A DNA stretch of 55,275 nucleotides. It comes from Candidatus Woesearchaeota archaeon (GTDB lineage Archaea > Nanobdellota > Nanobdellia > Woesearchaeales > DSVV01). The stretch spans positions 1 through 55,275 of the forward strand of contig JAFGRM010000060.1 in assembly GCA_016935125.1 (NCBI GenBank), given 5' to 3'. The notes under the pieces were generated by a model, which was given only the letters and a program-made list of their open reading frames with translations, was not told the DNA's origin and made no database searches. The position numbers and the translations under genes were made by a program. Shown piece after piece: positions 1 to 8,023 of this stretch. Every line of letters begins with the position of its first letter. Position 1 is the stretch's first letter.

Positions 1-170
1 ATAGCATTCAACATCGACAGGCTGATACGAAAGGGAATTGATATGATTCTGATTCATATCAGAATCATGAGGGTTTCATATTAGCCGGTTAATAGACAAT
101 CTGCAATCCATACGCATACCTCTATGCCTGCCTTTACCCATAATATCCCTTTAGCATATCTATGCCCTGC

Positions 171-806
171 CTAAGCCTTAAGATAAGCCTTGTTTATCAC
201 GATACTTTCAAGCGGCCAATCCTGATGAGGGCCGTTAGATCCTGTCTTTGCAGCCTTGATCTTGTCAACAACATCCATCCCAGATACCACCTCGCCAAAG
301 ACTGCATAGCCGTCATTTCCAGGCGCATTGTTAAGAAATGCATTGTCAGCGACATTTATGAAGAACTGCGATGTCGCACTGTTTGGATCATTTGTCCTTG
401 CCATGGCAATGGTCCCGACAGTGTTCTTGAGCCCGTTTGCAGACTCAAGCATGATAGGCTCATGTGTGGGCCTCTCTTTTTCATCAGCAGTATAGCCGCC
501 TCCCTGGATCATGAACCCTTCAATGACCCTATGAAAGACCAGCCCGTCATAATGCCCCTCTTTTACATAGCGGACAAAATTCTCAACAGTAACCGGGGCT
601 TTTTCCCGATCAAGCTTGATCTCAATATTCCCATAACTCGTCTCAAGGACAACGATTTCCATTTTTTCACCCCCATCTTCTATAACTGCACTGCCAGTCA
701 CATCCTCTGCAGGATTATCTGGCTTTAACATGTTCAAGAATAGCATGATTGCAATCATGCAAACGATTAGAATGCTTATCCAAAGATAGTTTTTCTTTTT
801 GACCAT
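171..806 (-). CDS. cyclophilin-type peptidyl-prolyl cis-trans isomerase with N-terminal membrane anchor
   Basis: ORF 171..851 carries cyclophilin core motifs ([32 protein letters not shown]). The codon at 851 is TTG. The first ATG at 806 gives [23 protein letters not shown], a single TM helix. Confidence 0.85.
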   Translation of the reverse strand: MVKKKNYLWISILIVCMIAIMLFLNMLKPDNPAEDVTGSAVIEDGGEKMEIVVLETSYGNIEIKLDREKAPVTVENFVRYVKEGHYDGLVFHRVIEGFMIQGGGYTADEKERPTHEPIMLESANGLKNTVGTIAMARTNDPNSATSQFFINVADNAFLNNAPGNDGYAVFGEVVSGMDVVDKIKAAKTGSNGPHQDWPLESIVINKAYLKA

Positions 807-1088
807 AAAAAAAGCAAGACTGAGCTTATTTATTAATATTGATGTTATCAATTACAATAAATACCTCAACAAATACCTGATTTCTCATACCCCCTAAAAC
901 CACATACAGCAATCTTTAATCTTATTTAATGCTCCTCTGAACCTGCTGCAGCCCATTTAGAGCTTCTTTAGAACCTCTAAGCAGCTCTTATTTAGGTTCA
1001 CTATTTTAATATAGGTAGATTTATTCAACCTTAAATTGAATATTTTAGAAAAATTTAAATAATAGATTTGACACAAAAAATAGGAGCC

Positions 1089-1505
1089 ATGGAAAAATCC
1101 CTAAAGCAATTCAACATCAAAAAGCTTAAAGAGTCTACAGAAAAAGATACTGATAAAGATATCGAGTGGATATGCGGCAGTCTGGGATTCATCACTCCAA
1201 GGGACCAAGACAAGACAGCCTACATAATCCTAAAGGCCTTGATAAAATCAGCAAAGGAGAAGAAAGGGAAGACCAGTGAAGAGCTTGGGAAATTGGTCGA
1301 GCCTACAAGAGGGTCAGTGATCTACCATCTGAAGAGACTGATGAAATCCGGCTTGGTCGTAAAGATGGGCTCAGCATATGAATTGAAAATGAACTGCCTG
1401 GCAAATACGATTCAGGAGATCAGAAAAGAAGTTGATATCACATTAGACGATATTCAGAAAGTGGCAAAAGATATCGATGGGGCTGTTGGTCTTGAAACAA
1501 GATAA
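1089..1505 (+). CDS. winged helix-turn-helix DNA-binding protein (ArsR/MarR-like)
   Basis: ORF 1068..1505 begins with TTG; an ATG lies at 1089. The segment TSEELGKLVEPTRGSVIYHLKRLMKSGLV looks like a wHTH recognition helix plus wing. The call is from pattern only. Confidence 0.5.
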   Translation: MEKSLKQFNIKKLKESTEKDTDKDIEWICGSLGFITPRDQDKTAYIILKALIKSAKEKKGKTSEELGKLVEPTRGSVIYHLKRLMKSGLVVKMGSAYELKMNCLANTIQEIRKEVDITLDDIQKVAKDIDGAVGLETR

Positions 1506-1539
1506 CAAAAACCAAATCCTAAAACAAAGGTGCATTGCC

Positions 1540-1737
1540 ATGGCTTGCTCTAATTCTATCAAAATGCAGGCCAAAGAGTCAGAGAAGAACATCTTTGCTA
1601 TAGGAAGAGACAATACTTACCTTGAAAACAATGGGCTAAGCTCAGGAGAAGAGAATGAACCCAGATTTGCAAAAAGCAGGCCATTGGAGCATGGGCTGCT
1701 AAAATATGATCTTTCAATGGATGATAAGCTTGCATAA
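1540..1737 (+). CDS. small hypothetical protein (65 aa)
   Basis: In-frame ATG within ORF 1477..1737. AAGGTG (1527-1532) lies 7 nt upstream. No recognisable domain. Confidence 0.3.
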   Translation: MACSNSIKMQAKESEKNIFAIGRDNTYLENNGLSSGEENEPRFAKSRPLEHGLLKYDLSMDDKLA

Positions 1738-1753
1738 GAAAGGAGGTATGAAA

Positions 1754-1831
1754 ATGAGATATGAAGACGAATATGACAAAGACGATGATGATGACAATGA
1801 CGACTATGACCCTGACAAAGATGACTATTAG
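1754..1831 (+). CDS. hyper-acidic micro-protein (25 aa, MRYEDEYDKDDDDDNDDYDPDKDDY)
   Basis: GGAGGT at 1742-1747 lies 6 nt before the ATG at 1754, the same SD type seen before the 7572 and 27149 genes. 15 of 25 residues are D/E. Too short for the ORF track. Confidence 0.3.
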   Translation: MRYEDEYDKDDDDDNDDYDPDKDDY

Positions 1832-1933
1832 GCACATAAACAGGTTGCATACATCAATCTGAAGGCAATTATGATATAAAAGAAATATAACAGCAAAAAA
1901 AAGAGGCAGAAATCAAAGGATAATGTTCTTCCA

Positions 1934-2041
1934 ATGAAGAAAGCAAACAATATGATTCGTCACGATGATGACGAAGATGCTAAACAACAAACGGAGGTCA
2001 CCCAAATGGCAAAAAAAGGCAAGGCAAAAGGCAAAAAATAA
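1934..2041 (+). CDS. micro-protein (35 aa, acidic head, Lys-rich tail)
   Basis: Hand translation gives MKKANNMIRHDDDEDAKQQTEVTQMAKKGKAKGKK. Only a weak AAAGGA lies upstream. A hairpin follows. Confidence 0.2.
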   Translation: MKKANNMIRHDDDEDAKQQTEVTQMAKKGKAKGKK

Positions 2042-2054
2042 ACAATAAACTTTG

Positions 2055-2088
2055 ATCTGGCCGGGAGTAGAGATGCTCTTGGCCAGAT
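2055..2088 (+). terminator. stem-loop (8-bp stem ATCTGGCC/GGCCAGAT, 18-nt loop) followed by a T-rich stretch
   Basis: Inverted repeat read directly from the sequence, 14 nt after the stop at 2041. Function as a terminator is inferred. Confidence 0.3.
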
Positions 2089-2321
2089 TATTTAAGTCAA
2101 CGCAATTCCATTCTAGATATTTTTTTTGTATATTATTTTACCAAAATACCAATAGAAATGAATCCTCATACTGGAAACTAGATTCCTGTGCAAACTCCTT
2201 ATAAAGAATGAACATTTCCATATACACTAGAATTAGAAAGCTACAAAGACTAACTATATCGACGAAAACAAAGAAAAACGCCAGTTGTTCATTCTGGCTT
2301 TAGTGTTTTCAAGCTAAGCTA

Positions 2322-3068
2322 TTAGTCGTTCTCTACCCTTGGCGCAAGGATAAACTTAAGAAGGACCTTGTCTACTGTCTTGAACTCAAGCAGAAGAGGG
2401 TAGTCCCTGTTGAACCTGATAGATACAGTATCTGCAAGCTTGCTTCCCGCAACCATCTTCTTTAGGTACTCTATCGAGTACTTGGCCTTGATCTTGTCCT
2501 GAGTGTCTGCTACTATCTCTGTATCCTTGTCTTTTTTTATCTCGATCATCGCCTTTGAAAGGTCTCCCTCTGCTGACACCACAAGTTTTGATGATTCGCC
2601 TATGAACGAGACAGATTCAGCAACAATGTCGACATCTTCCACTGCTTCAGAAAGGTTTGATGCAGAAGTGGTTATCGATATTGGGAAGTTGAGATTAGGC
2701 TCCTTCTGCTCCTTTTCCTCAAGCTCTATTATAGGGAGCGAGAACTTCCTTGTATTGTTGCTCTTGAATATGACATCAAGCTTGTTCTCTTTTGATAGCT
2801 CAAGCGAAACAGTGTCGTTCGGCTTTGCCCTTCTCATGACCTGTTTCAGGTTGCTCAGGTTGACAGCGATCTCGACATCCTCTTCAACCTTATACTCTAC
2901 AAAAGTGCTGCTCAGAAGCTTGAATACGACCATCGCAACATTTGCAGGGTCCATCGCGATAAGCTCTATAGCATCGCTTGTTACCTTAAACCTAGCTTCA
3001 TTGACAAGCTCTGATATGATTGAAATACTATCCTTTAGATATTTTGGTTCAGCAAGAGTCAGTTTCAT
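2322..3068 (-). CDS. pcn: DNA polymerase sliding clamp (PCNA)
   Basis: 248 aa. The N-terminus MKLTLAEPKYLKDSISIISELVNEARFKVTSDAIELIAMDPANVAMV and the overall two-domain length are typical of archaeal PCNA. ATG start confirmed. Confidence 0.9.
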   Translation of the reverse strand: MKLTLAEPKYLKDSISIISELVNEARFKVTSDAIELIAMDPANVAMVVFKLLSSTFVEYKVEEDVEIAVNLSNLKQVMRRAKPNDTVSLELSKENKLDVIFKSNNTRKFSLPIIELEEKEQKEPNLNFPISITTSASNLSEAVEDVDIVAESVSFIGESSKLVVSAEGDLSKAMIEIKKDKDTEIVADTQDKIKAKYSIEYLKKMVAGSKLADTVSIRFNRDYPLLLEFKTVDKVLLKFILAPRVEND

Positions 3069-3397
3069 TGTAAATACACCCCATGATTCCTTCTATTCAG
3101 GAATAAAGTTACATTTATAAATATTATTATTTCAATCCGAAAAATGCAACAAGCTTGTGACAGATATCACATCAATTACAGAAATCTGGATTACAGCAGA
3201 CAGCCTTATCATAATTAGCTCTATTATATTATCATAACCTTCCTATTACAGTATCATAATCTTTAAATATAACCTGCAAAAGTTGAATAAGACAGTATTT
3301 GAAAACAACATTTATCAAGACGCATCTATCAAGACGCCGATGACTAGATACAACTGGGGCAACCCTAACTAAATATCAGTAAAAAAGTGGATAATTA

Positions 3398-3709
3398 ATG
3401 ACAGCGCATCATCTTTTCAGTTCTGACCATCTCAAGCACAGGTGTATGTACTGCGGAAATGACCTTGTAGACAAGGATTGGGAATCTGACCATGTTATGG
3501 AAAAGCATTACAAGGTCAACAAATGCAGAAAATGCGGCAAGAACGCAAAGATAGCTGTGGGCTTTGATGGTGATGGAAATGACTCTTGGGCGATGCCCAT
3601 CGAAAAGCAGCTGGAGAAGAACAGCCGCATAATGACTATTGTGGGCCACCAAAAAAAGAACAATGCGGATGAGAAAAAGGTAAAAGAGCTGGAGAGGATA
3701 GTGAAATAA
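3398..3709 (+). CDS. small zinc-ribbon protein, function unknown
   Basis: Two Cys pairs, CMYCG ... CRKCG, separated by about 30 aa, plus a Lys/Glu-rich tail. ATG start. Confidence 0.5.
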   Translation: MTAHHLFSSDHLKHRCMYCGNDLVDKDWESDHVMEKHYKVNKCRKCGKNAKIAVGFDGDGNDSWAMPIEKQLEKNSRIMTIVGHQKKNNADEKKVKELERIVK

Positions 3710-3756
3710 CAGCTTTATCCTAAATTTAGTATCTTAACACGCTCTGCAAAGCTAAA

Positions 3757-4431
3757 TCACTTTTTCTTGCATATGAATATCATGTGATCCTTCTCATATG
3801 GACCAAGATCCCTTGAGTCAACTATAGTGATCTTCTGCTCAAGCTCATACCTGACCTTCCTGAATATATCTTTTGGCTTTTTTGAGACATCGATGCTCCT
3901 TGACTTGACACATAGCAGGGCATAGCCGCCCTTCTTCAGGAACTGCTCCACATTCTTGAGGAAGATCTTTACCTGGTCGCGCTGGGCAATGTCCTGGAAA
4001 ACAACATCAACTTCTGGTGTAATCTTATCCTTGTAATCATCAGGCCTGTTCGCATCTTCCAAAAGCGGTGCCATGTTCCTGCGGTCAATGCATACATAGA
4101 CAAGGTCACGGACAACCCTGGGTGAGAAATCAAGAGCAAAGACAAACCCATTTTCCTGCACAATGTCTGACACATGGGATGCTGTTGTGCCTGATGCTGC
4201 GCCGAGATAGAGCACAATGTCGCCTTTCCTGATAAAGATATTTGGGCAGCCCTTCATTATTGCCGCTGCAATCTTGCTCCTAGTGGGATCCCATTCCCTG
4301 TATTCCACGCCTGCCTTTTTTACTGTATTCTCCCCATAGACACTCTTGCCTGGCGCAAACGATCTTGTATAGATGCACTTATGCCTTCCCTTGTGCATCT
4401 CATAGACTTCAAATATCTTGGATTTTTCCAT
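3757..4431 (-). CDS. flpA: fibrillarin-like rRNA/tRNA 2'-O-methyltransferase
   Basis: 224 aa. Motifs YREWDPTRSKIAAAI and VLYLGAASGTTASHVSDIV (SAM-binding) with the typical fibrillarin length. An AT-rich TATA-like region lies 26-35 nt upstream. Confidence 0.92.
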   Translation of the reverse strand: MEKSKIFEVYEMHKGRHKCIYTRSFAPGKSVYGENTVKKAGVEYREWDPTRSKIAAAIMKGCPNIFIRKGDIVLYLGAASGTTASHVSDIVQENGFVFALDFSPRVVRDLVYVCIDRRNMAPLLEDANRPDDYKDKITPEVDVVFQDIAQRDQVKIFLKNVEQFLKKGGYALLCVKSRSIDVSKKPKDIFRKVRYELEQKITIVDSRDLGPYEKDHMIFICKKK

Positions 4432-4518
4432 CTTCAGAACAAGAATAACTATCTACTATTTATATTCATCTACTCCTACTATTTACATTATTTATATTAT
4501 TTATATTCATCTACTATT

Positions 4519-5058
4519 TCAATTGCTCTCAGCAGCCTGGCCCCTGACAACCTCCTCCAGCTTCAGGTTCTGCTCAGCATCCTTTAGGATGATGTTATAA
4601 CCCACTGTCTTTATGAACTTGCTCTCTAGCCTGAACTCTCTCCCGAACCTGTTTTTCCTTATTATTATGGCCTTGAATTCCTGACTGGTTCCATCAACCT
4701 CTATATCAGACACAAAACCAACCACCTTCCCGTTGCTATCAAAGACCTCCATGCCTTTTATCTTAGGCAGGGGCGAGCGGTTCAGAAATATCGAATCAAC
4801 ACCAAAGTTCTTGACATAATCAAGGCCTATGAACAGGTCAGGCTTCATGAACCCCTGGTCAATCAGGATCCCTATTATCTTCTTTGAGTTCTTATCTATC
4901 TTAAGCTGCTGGACAACACCTATTATCTCGCCATCTACATCAACGACATCTTTCCCAAGTATATCATCAGAGGTTATTATCCTCTTTGTTGAACCGGTTC
5001 CAGCCATCTTTAACACAAAGGGCATGATGTATAAGAACTGCCCAATAACATAAGACAT
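4519..5058 (-). CDS. PRC-barrel domain protein (two PRC barrels)
   Basis: Two copies of the pattern ILGKDVVDVDGEIIGVV...IGILID / IKGMEVFDSNGKVVGFVSDIEVD. The start may instead be an internal Met (5025 or 5007). Confidence 0.7.
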   Translation of the reverse strand: MSYVIGQFLYIMPFVLKMAGTGSTKRIITSDDILGKDVVDVDGEIIGVVQQLKIDKNSKKIIGILIDQGFMKPDLFIGLDYVKNFGVDSIFLNRSPLPKIKGMEVFDSNGKVVGFVSDIEVDGTSQEFKAIIIRKNRFGREFRLESKFIKTVGYNIILKDAEQNLKLEEVVRGQAAESN

Positions 5059-5075
5059 TTATTTGATTATTTCAT

Positions 5076-5546
5076 TTATTTGATTATCTTGTTTAGTATT
5101 ATGTTCTTCCCTATGACATCCATATCTTTTTTTAGGATGCGAACAGGCCTGAAAAATACTAATCTCCTGACAGTGACCTCACTGAAATCATTGCTTGTGC
5201 CGACACGTTTTATCTCAGAGACCCTGCCAAGCCTCTTTCCATCCTTATCAAAAACGATCTTTCCTTTAAGAGATGTGACAGGGTTTATCTTAAGCACAAC
5301 TGAATCAGAGTTCAGCTGTTCGATATAACCGCAGCTGATAATTGTCCTCTTCATCCCAAAGAAGGAGCTGATTATTATCCCTATCACCTTGCCTGTATCA
5401 AATGCAATATCCTTTACCCTGCCAAAGACCTTGCCGTTCTTTGTTATTACCTTCTTGCCTATGATATTTAGCAGGTTAAAATGCCTTGAGATTCCTGCAG
5501 GGCTTATAACCGTAAGACGCTTATCCCCCTTATCCTGCATATCCAT
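5076..5546 (-). CDS. PRC-barrel domain protein (two PRC barrels), paralogue of 4519..5058
   Basis: IIGKKVITKNGKVFGRVKDIAFD and LKGKIVFDKDGKRLGRVSEIKRV. The ORF-track start at 5558 is GTG; the first ATG is at 5546. Confidence 0.7.
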   Translation of the reverse strand: MDMQDKGDKRLTVISPAGISRHFNLLNIIGKKVITKNGKVFGRVKDIAFDTGKVIGIIISSFFGMKRTIISCGYIEQLNSDSVVLKINPVTSLKGKIVFDKDGKRLGRVSEIKRVGTSNDFSEVTVRRLVFFRPVRILKKDMDVIGKNIILNKIIK

Positions 5547-5743
5547 GTGAAACACCACACCACCCTCTTAAATCTTAGTTATTAGATTTTCAATGATTAT
5601 TCTTTAATTATTGTATAACATCATACAACTAATATCATACAACTAACATCATGAATATCATTTGCATGAATCATTTATATCTTTTTTCATTTTTTAAGAA
5701 TCTGCAAAAACCCACCAAAGCCCTCTAAGCCAACCTGTACTCG

Positions 5744-5776
5744 CCCAAACTCACCCAAGCTCACCCATACTCGCCC
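5744..5776 (-). repeat. G3-N7-G3-N7-G3-N7-G3 tract (potential G-quadruplex) with a 10-bp period
   Basis: The minus strand reads GGGCGAGTATGGGTGAGCTTGGGTGAGTTTGGG. It starts 5 nt after the stop codon of the 5781..6443 gene. The motif is certain; its function is not. Confidence 0.6.
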
Positions 5777-5780
5777 AGGC

Positions 5781-6443
5781 TCAGTTCAGCAATGCAAAAA
5801 GGCCAACCAATGCAAGATATTTTATGACCTGGCCTGAAAATGTCAGCAGGAAAAGCCTTGCCTTGTTATACCTGAATACCCCTAAGATAAATGTAATCTG
5901 CTGTGATGGGAACATGGGTATTGCACTTGCAGCAAAGATTGCCGCTTTCCCATACCTGTTCAGGTATGACTTGATGCTGTAAAACTTCTTTGGTGATATA
6001 AACCTTCTTGAAATCCTTGACATCTTCATCCCAATAAGGTAATCAGATGAATACGACACTATGATTCCTAAAATAAATATTATGAAAAGCAGGGTCCTGT
6101 CTGTTGCCATAAGAGCACTGTAGAAATACGCTTCCATCGGGACAAAGATAAAAAAGAGCCCGCCAAAAAAGGCCACATAAAACGAGCCTGCTATGCTAAA
6201 AGAAGCGATCTGTGCCTTAAGAACAGCCACAATATCATTAAATATCGAATCCTGAAAAAATTCGAGTTTCCTGAAATAAAGTACATACAACAGGATTACG
6301 ACTGATATAAAGCCAATAATCATTATGGTGAATAAGCCTTCAAAATATCTCTTTTTCGCATTCAATTCAAAAATGCTCTTTGCATGCATCATGCTCTTTG
6401 TTTGGATCATTTTCTTTGTCTGCATAATGCCTTCTATCTGCAT
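5781..6443 (-). CDS. DedA/VTT (TVP38/TMEM64-like) membrane protein
   Basis: Multi-TM protein with the YGKAAIFAASAIPMFPSQQITFILGVFRY segment typical of SNARE-associated/DedA proteins. ATG start, with a TATA-like CTATAAATAG 23-32 nt upstream. Confidence 0.6.
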   Translation of the reverse strand: MQIEGIMQTKKMIQTKSMMHAKSIFELNAKKRYFEGLFTIMIIGFISVVILLYVLYFRKLEFFQDSIFNDIVAVLKAQIASFSIAGSFYVAFFGGLFFIFVPMEAYFYSALMATDRTLLFIIFILGIIVSYSSDYLIGMKMSRISRRFISPKKFYSIKSYLNRYGKAAIFAASAIPMFPSQQITFILGVFRYNKARLFLLTFSGQVIKYLALVGLFALLN

Positions 6444-6547
6444 ATGGTATTAACAGCATAAACAACTATAAATAGGTTTGTATCAAAAAGATTTTGACAC
6501 CACTGCCATCTTATTAAAGAATAATATTAAAGAATAATAATCGTATA

Positions 6548-7306
6548 TCATAAAGAACAGGTCTTATCTTTTAATTCCTTATTTAGCTTATCGCCGATAA
6601 AATCTCCCTTAAAATAGTCTACCTTGACAGCGATAGATATCTTGTCAGCAAGGGCTCTTGCAGCCCTTCCTTTGTCATCCTTTTTTACCTGTGCAACAAT
6701 AGGGTGCTGGATTATGAGGCCATGCTTGGGTGACCTTGCGCCTGTCCTCATATGCCTAAACAACGCCTTTTCTGCTCCAAGAAGCTGGACAGTCGAAGAG
6801 GTCATGCCTGCAAGGTGCTTGAGCGACCCTGCATGCTCAATAAGCCTTGCCCCTATTAGCGTGCCTGTTATCGCAAACATGTTCGGGCAGCATTTCTTCA
6901 TCAGCGATTCAAGATACCTCTCATGGGAACTGATAAGGCAGAACACCGAGCTAATCTGGGCTGCAAGGAGCAATATCTCATCAAGGTCCTGCTTGTCAAG
7001 CTCACAGCCCATAGACTGCCCCCTTGTTATGCCCAGCTCGTCCAAAAGCTTTTTACGTGACTTTTTCTGTATGATCTCAGAAAACTTCTGGTTATCAGAA
7101 AGTGCCCTTGCAAAATCAGGATTATAAAGCCCATACCACTCCCTGAGCCTCTTTGAAAGAAGATTTGCAGATTTCTGGAGCTCATCAATGTTATTTATGG
7201 CATGGATAATAAGATTGTCAACAGATACAGACTCTCTTATCCTCTCCCTTGTCTTCTCGATGTTTGCAGTGTGATACTTCCTTATGAATTCCTTTGTGAT
7301 CTCCAT
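6548..7306 (-). CDS. Nop5/Nop56/Prp31-family protein (NOSIC + Nop domain only, N-terminal domain absent)
   Basis: Motifs LREWYGLYNPDF, LIGARLIEHAGSLKHLA, STVQLLGAEKALFRH and PKHGLIIQHP match the Nop-domain pattern. Only 252 aa. The ATG at 7306 lies 24 nt from an exact TTTATAAA box. Confidence 0.8.
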   Translation of the reverse strand: MEITKEFIRKYHTANIEKTRERIRESVSVDNLIIHAINNIDELQKSANLLSKRLREWYGLYNPDFARALSDNQKFSEIIQKKSRKKLLDELGITRGQSMGCELDKQDLDEILLLAAQISSVFCLISSHERYLESLMKKCCPNMFAITGTLIGARLIEHAGSLKHLAGMTSSTVQLLGAEKALFRHMRTGARSPKHGLIIQHPIVAQVKKDDKGRAARALADKISIAVKVDYFKGDFIGDKLNKELKDKTCSL

Positions 7307-7329
7307 TGCCTGGCATTAATCGCATTTGA

Positions 7330-7337
7330 TTTATAAA
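7330..7337 (-). promoter_or_regulatory. TATA box (TTTATAAA) for the Nop5-like gene
   Basis: Exact palindromic octamer 24 nt from the ATG at 7306. The same spacing recurs at six other sites in the window. Confidence 0.5.
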
Positions 7338-7571
7338 TTTTTATCAAAGCCTTACAAAGCCTTATATTACCAAAGCCTTATATCAAGGTATCAAGGCAGA
7401 ACATCTCATGAAAACATCATCATACAAACAGAGACATCATAATACAGATACCTCTATACAAGTTCAAATACCATCATACAAACAGAAACATTTTTATATC
7501 ACTCTGCTATTAAAAGCAGGCAAGGGGTTATCAATTAATGCTTAAGTTATGTTGAAAAAGGAGGTTATAAA

Positions 7572-7865
7572 ATGGAAGGAACTGAACTTGTGATATTATC
7601 AATAATTATCGGCACTCTTGCTGCAATTGTCTATTCGCTTAGGATACTTGTCCTTCTTGAGAGAAGGATTGCAAGGATGGACCTGAATATAGAAAGAATC
7701 GCTCTTAGGATTGCAAAAGAAGAAGAGGAGCTGAAAAAAGAAGAAGATATAATACTAAAAGAAGAGAAGAAACTTGAGGCTAAGCTCGGCATCAGGGCAA
7801 AGAGACCAAAGCCTAAGGCAAAACCAAAGAAGAAGGTCGCTAAACCTAAAAAGAAGAAGAGATAA
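7572..7865 (+). CDS. small membrane protein with coiled-coil and Lys-rich tail
   Basis: N-terminal TM helix (LVILSIIIGTLAAIVYSL), then EEEELKKEE, then KRPKPKAKPKKKVAKPKKKKR. A strong SD AAAGGAGGT lies 6-7 nt upstream. Confidence 0.6.
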   Translation: MEGTELVILSIIIGTLAAIVYSLRILVLLERRIARMDLNIERIALRIAKEEEELKKEEDIILKEEKKLEAKLGIRAKRPKPKAKPKKKVAKPKKKKR

Positions 7866-8023
7866 TCCTCTTTTCCTCTCTCTATAGAGCTTGTTTATAT
7901 TAATATTATTTTTTATATCTTTAATTTTAGACAATTAATATATTATTTTCTGGCCAGGTCTTTTATATTATTCTCCAATGGTAATAAAGCTTTATATAAT
8001 GATAAATGAAATTCCTTTGCCTT

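Noticed and set aside
43-68. Perfect 11-bp-stem hairpin ATGATTCTGAT-TCAT-ATCAGAATCAT near the left edge of the window.
   Set aside because: It lies inside a possible partial plus-strand ORF tail (frame 1 is open from 1 to a TAG at 82-84) and about 100 nt past the PPIase stop. With the window edge cutting the context, I cannot tell a terminator from coding sequence, and no function is supportable.
162-728. 188-aa plus-strand ORF.
   Set aside because: It is entirely antisense to the well-supported cyclophilin gene and has no recognisable motifs. It is a typical shadow ORF.
1477-1539. N-terminal extensions of ORF-track entries: 1477 (overlapping the wHTH gene), 15414, 43597, 46044 and 51850, plus TTG/GTG starts at 851, 1068, 5558, 19639, 24492, 32638, 34245, 37348, 40697, 42822, 47207 and 51829.
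   Set aside because: I checked the codons directly. Many are TTG or GTG, or they add non-homologous residues in front of canonical N-termini such as MCGIFG, MVTILDGKAL and MRNICIVTGT. Internal ATGs with TATA or SD support were preferred.
2503-3120. 205-aa plus-strand ORF rich in Ser.
   Set aside because: It is antisense to PCNA, and its low-complexity translation marks it as a shadow ORF.
3144-3218. 24-aa ORF (MQQACDRYHINYRNLDYSRQPYHN) whose ATG lies exactly 23 nt from a TTTATAAA box.
   Set aside because: The spacing suggests that a transcript may start here. It could equally be the long 5' leader of the zinc-ribbon gene at 3398, or the palindromic box could serve PCNA in the other direction. 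A 24-aa ORF with no conservation data cannot be supported as a gene.
4453-4519. AT-rich direct repeats (CTACTATTTA three times, ATTTATATTCATCTACT twice), considered as a possible CRISPR or mini-array. Similar short repeats lie at 11662-11762.
   Set aside because: The units are 10-17 bp with irregular spacing and no unique spacers, and they sit in promoter regions. No cas genes are in the window. This is not a CRISPR array.
7307-7571. Search for a box C/D sRNA near the Nop5 and fibrillarin genes. The minus strand has ATGATGA (plus-strand coordinates 7417-7423), and direct repeats are present (CAAAGCCTTA three times at 7345-7380, TATCAAGG twice, CATCATACAAACAGA twice).
   Set aside because: No CUGA D box lies at the expected 40-60 nt downstream on that strand, and there is no terminal stem or C'/D' pair. 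The repeats look like promoter-region repeats. A covariance-model scan would be needed to find real sRNAs.
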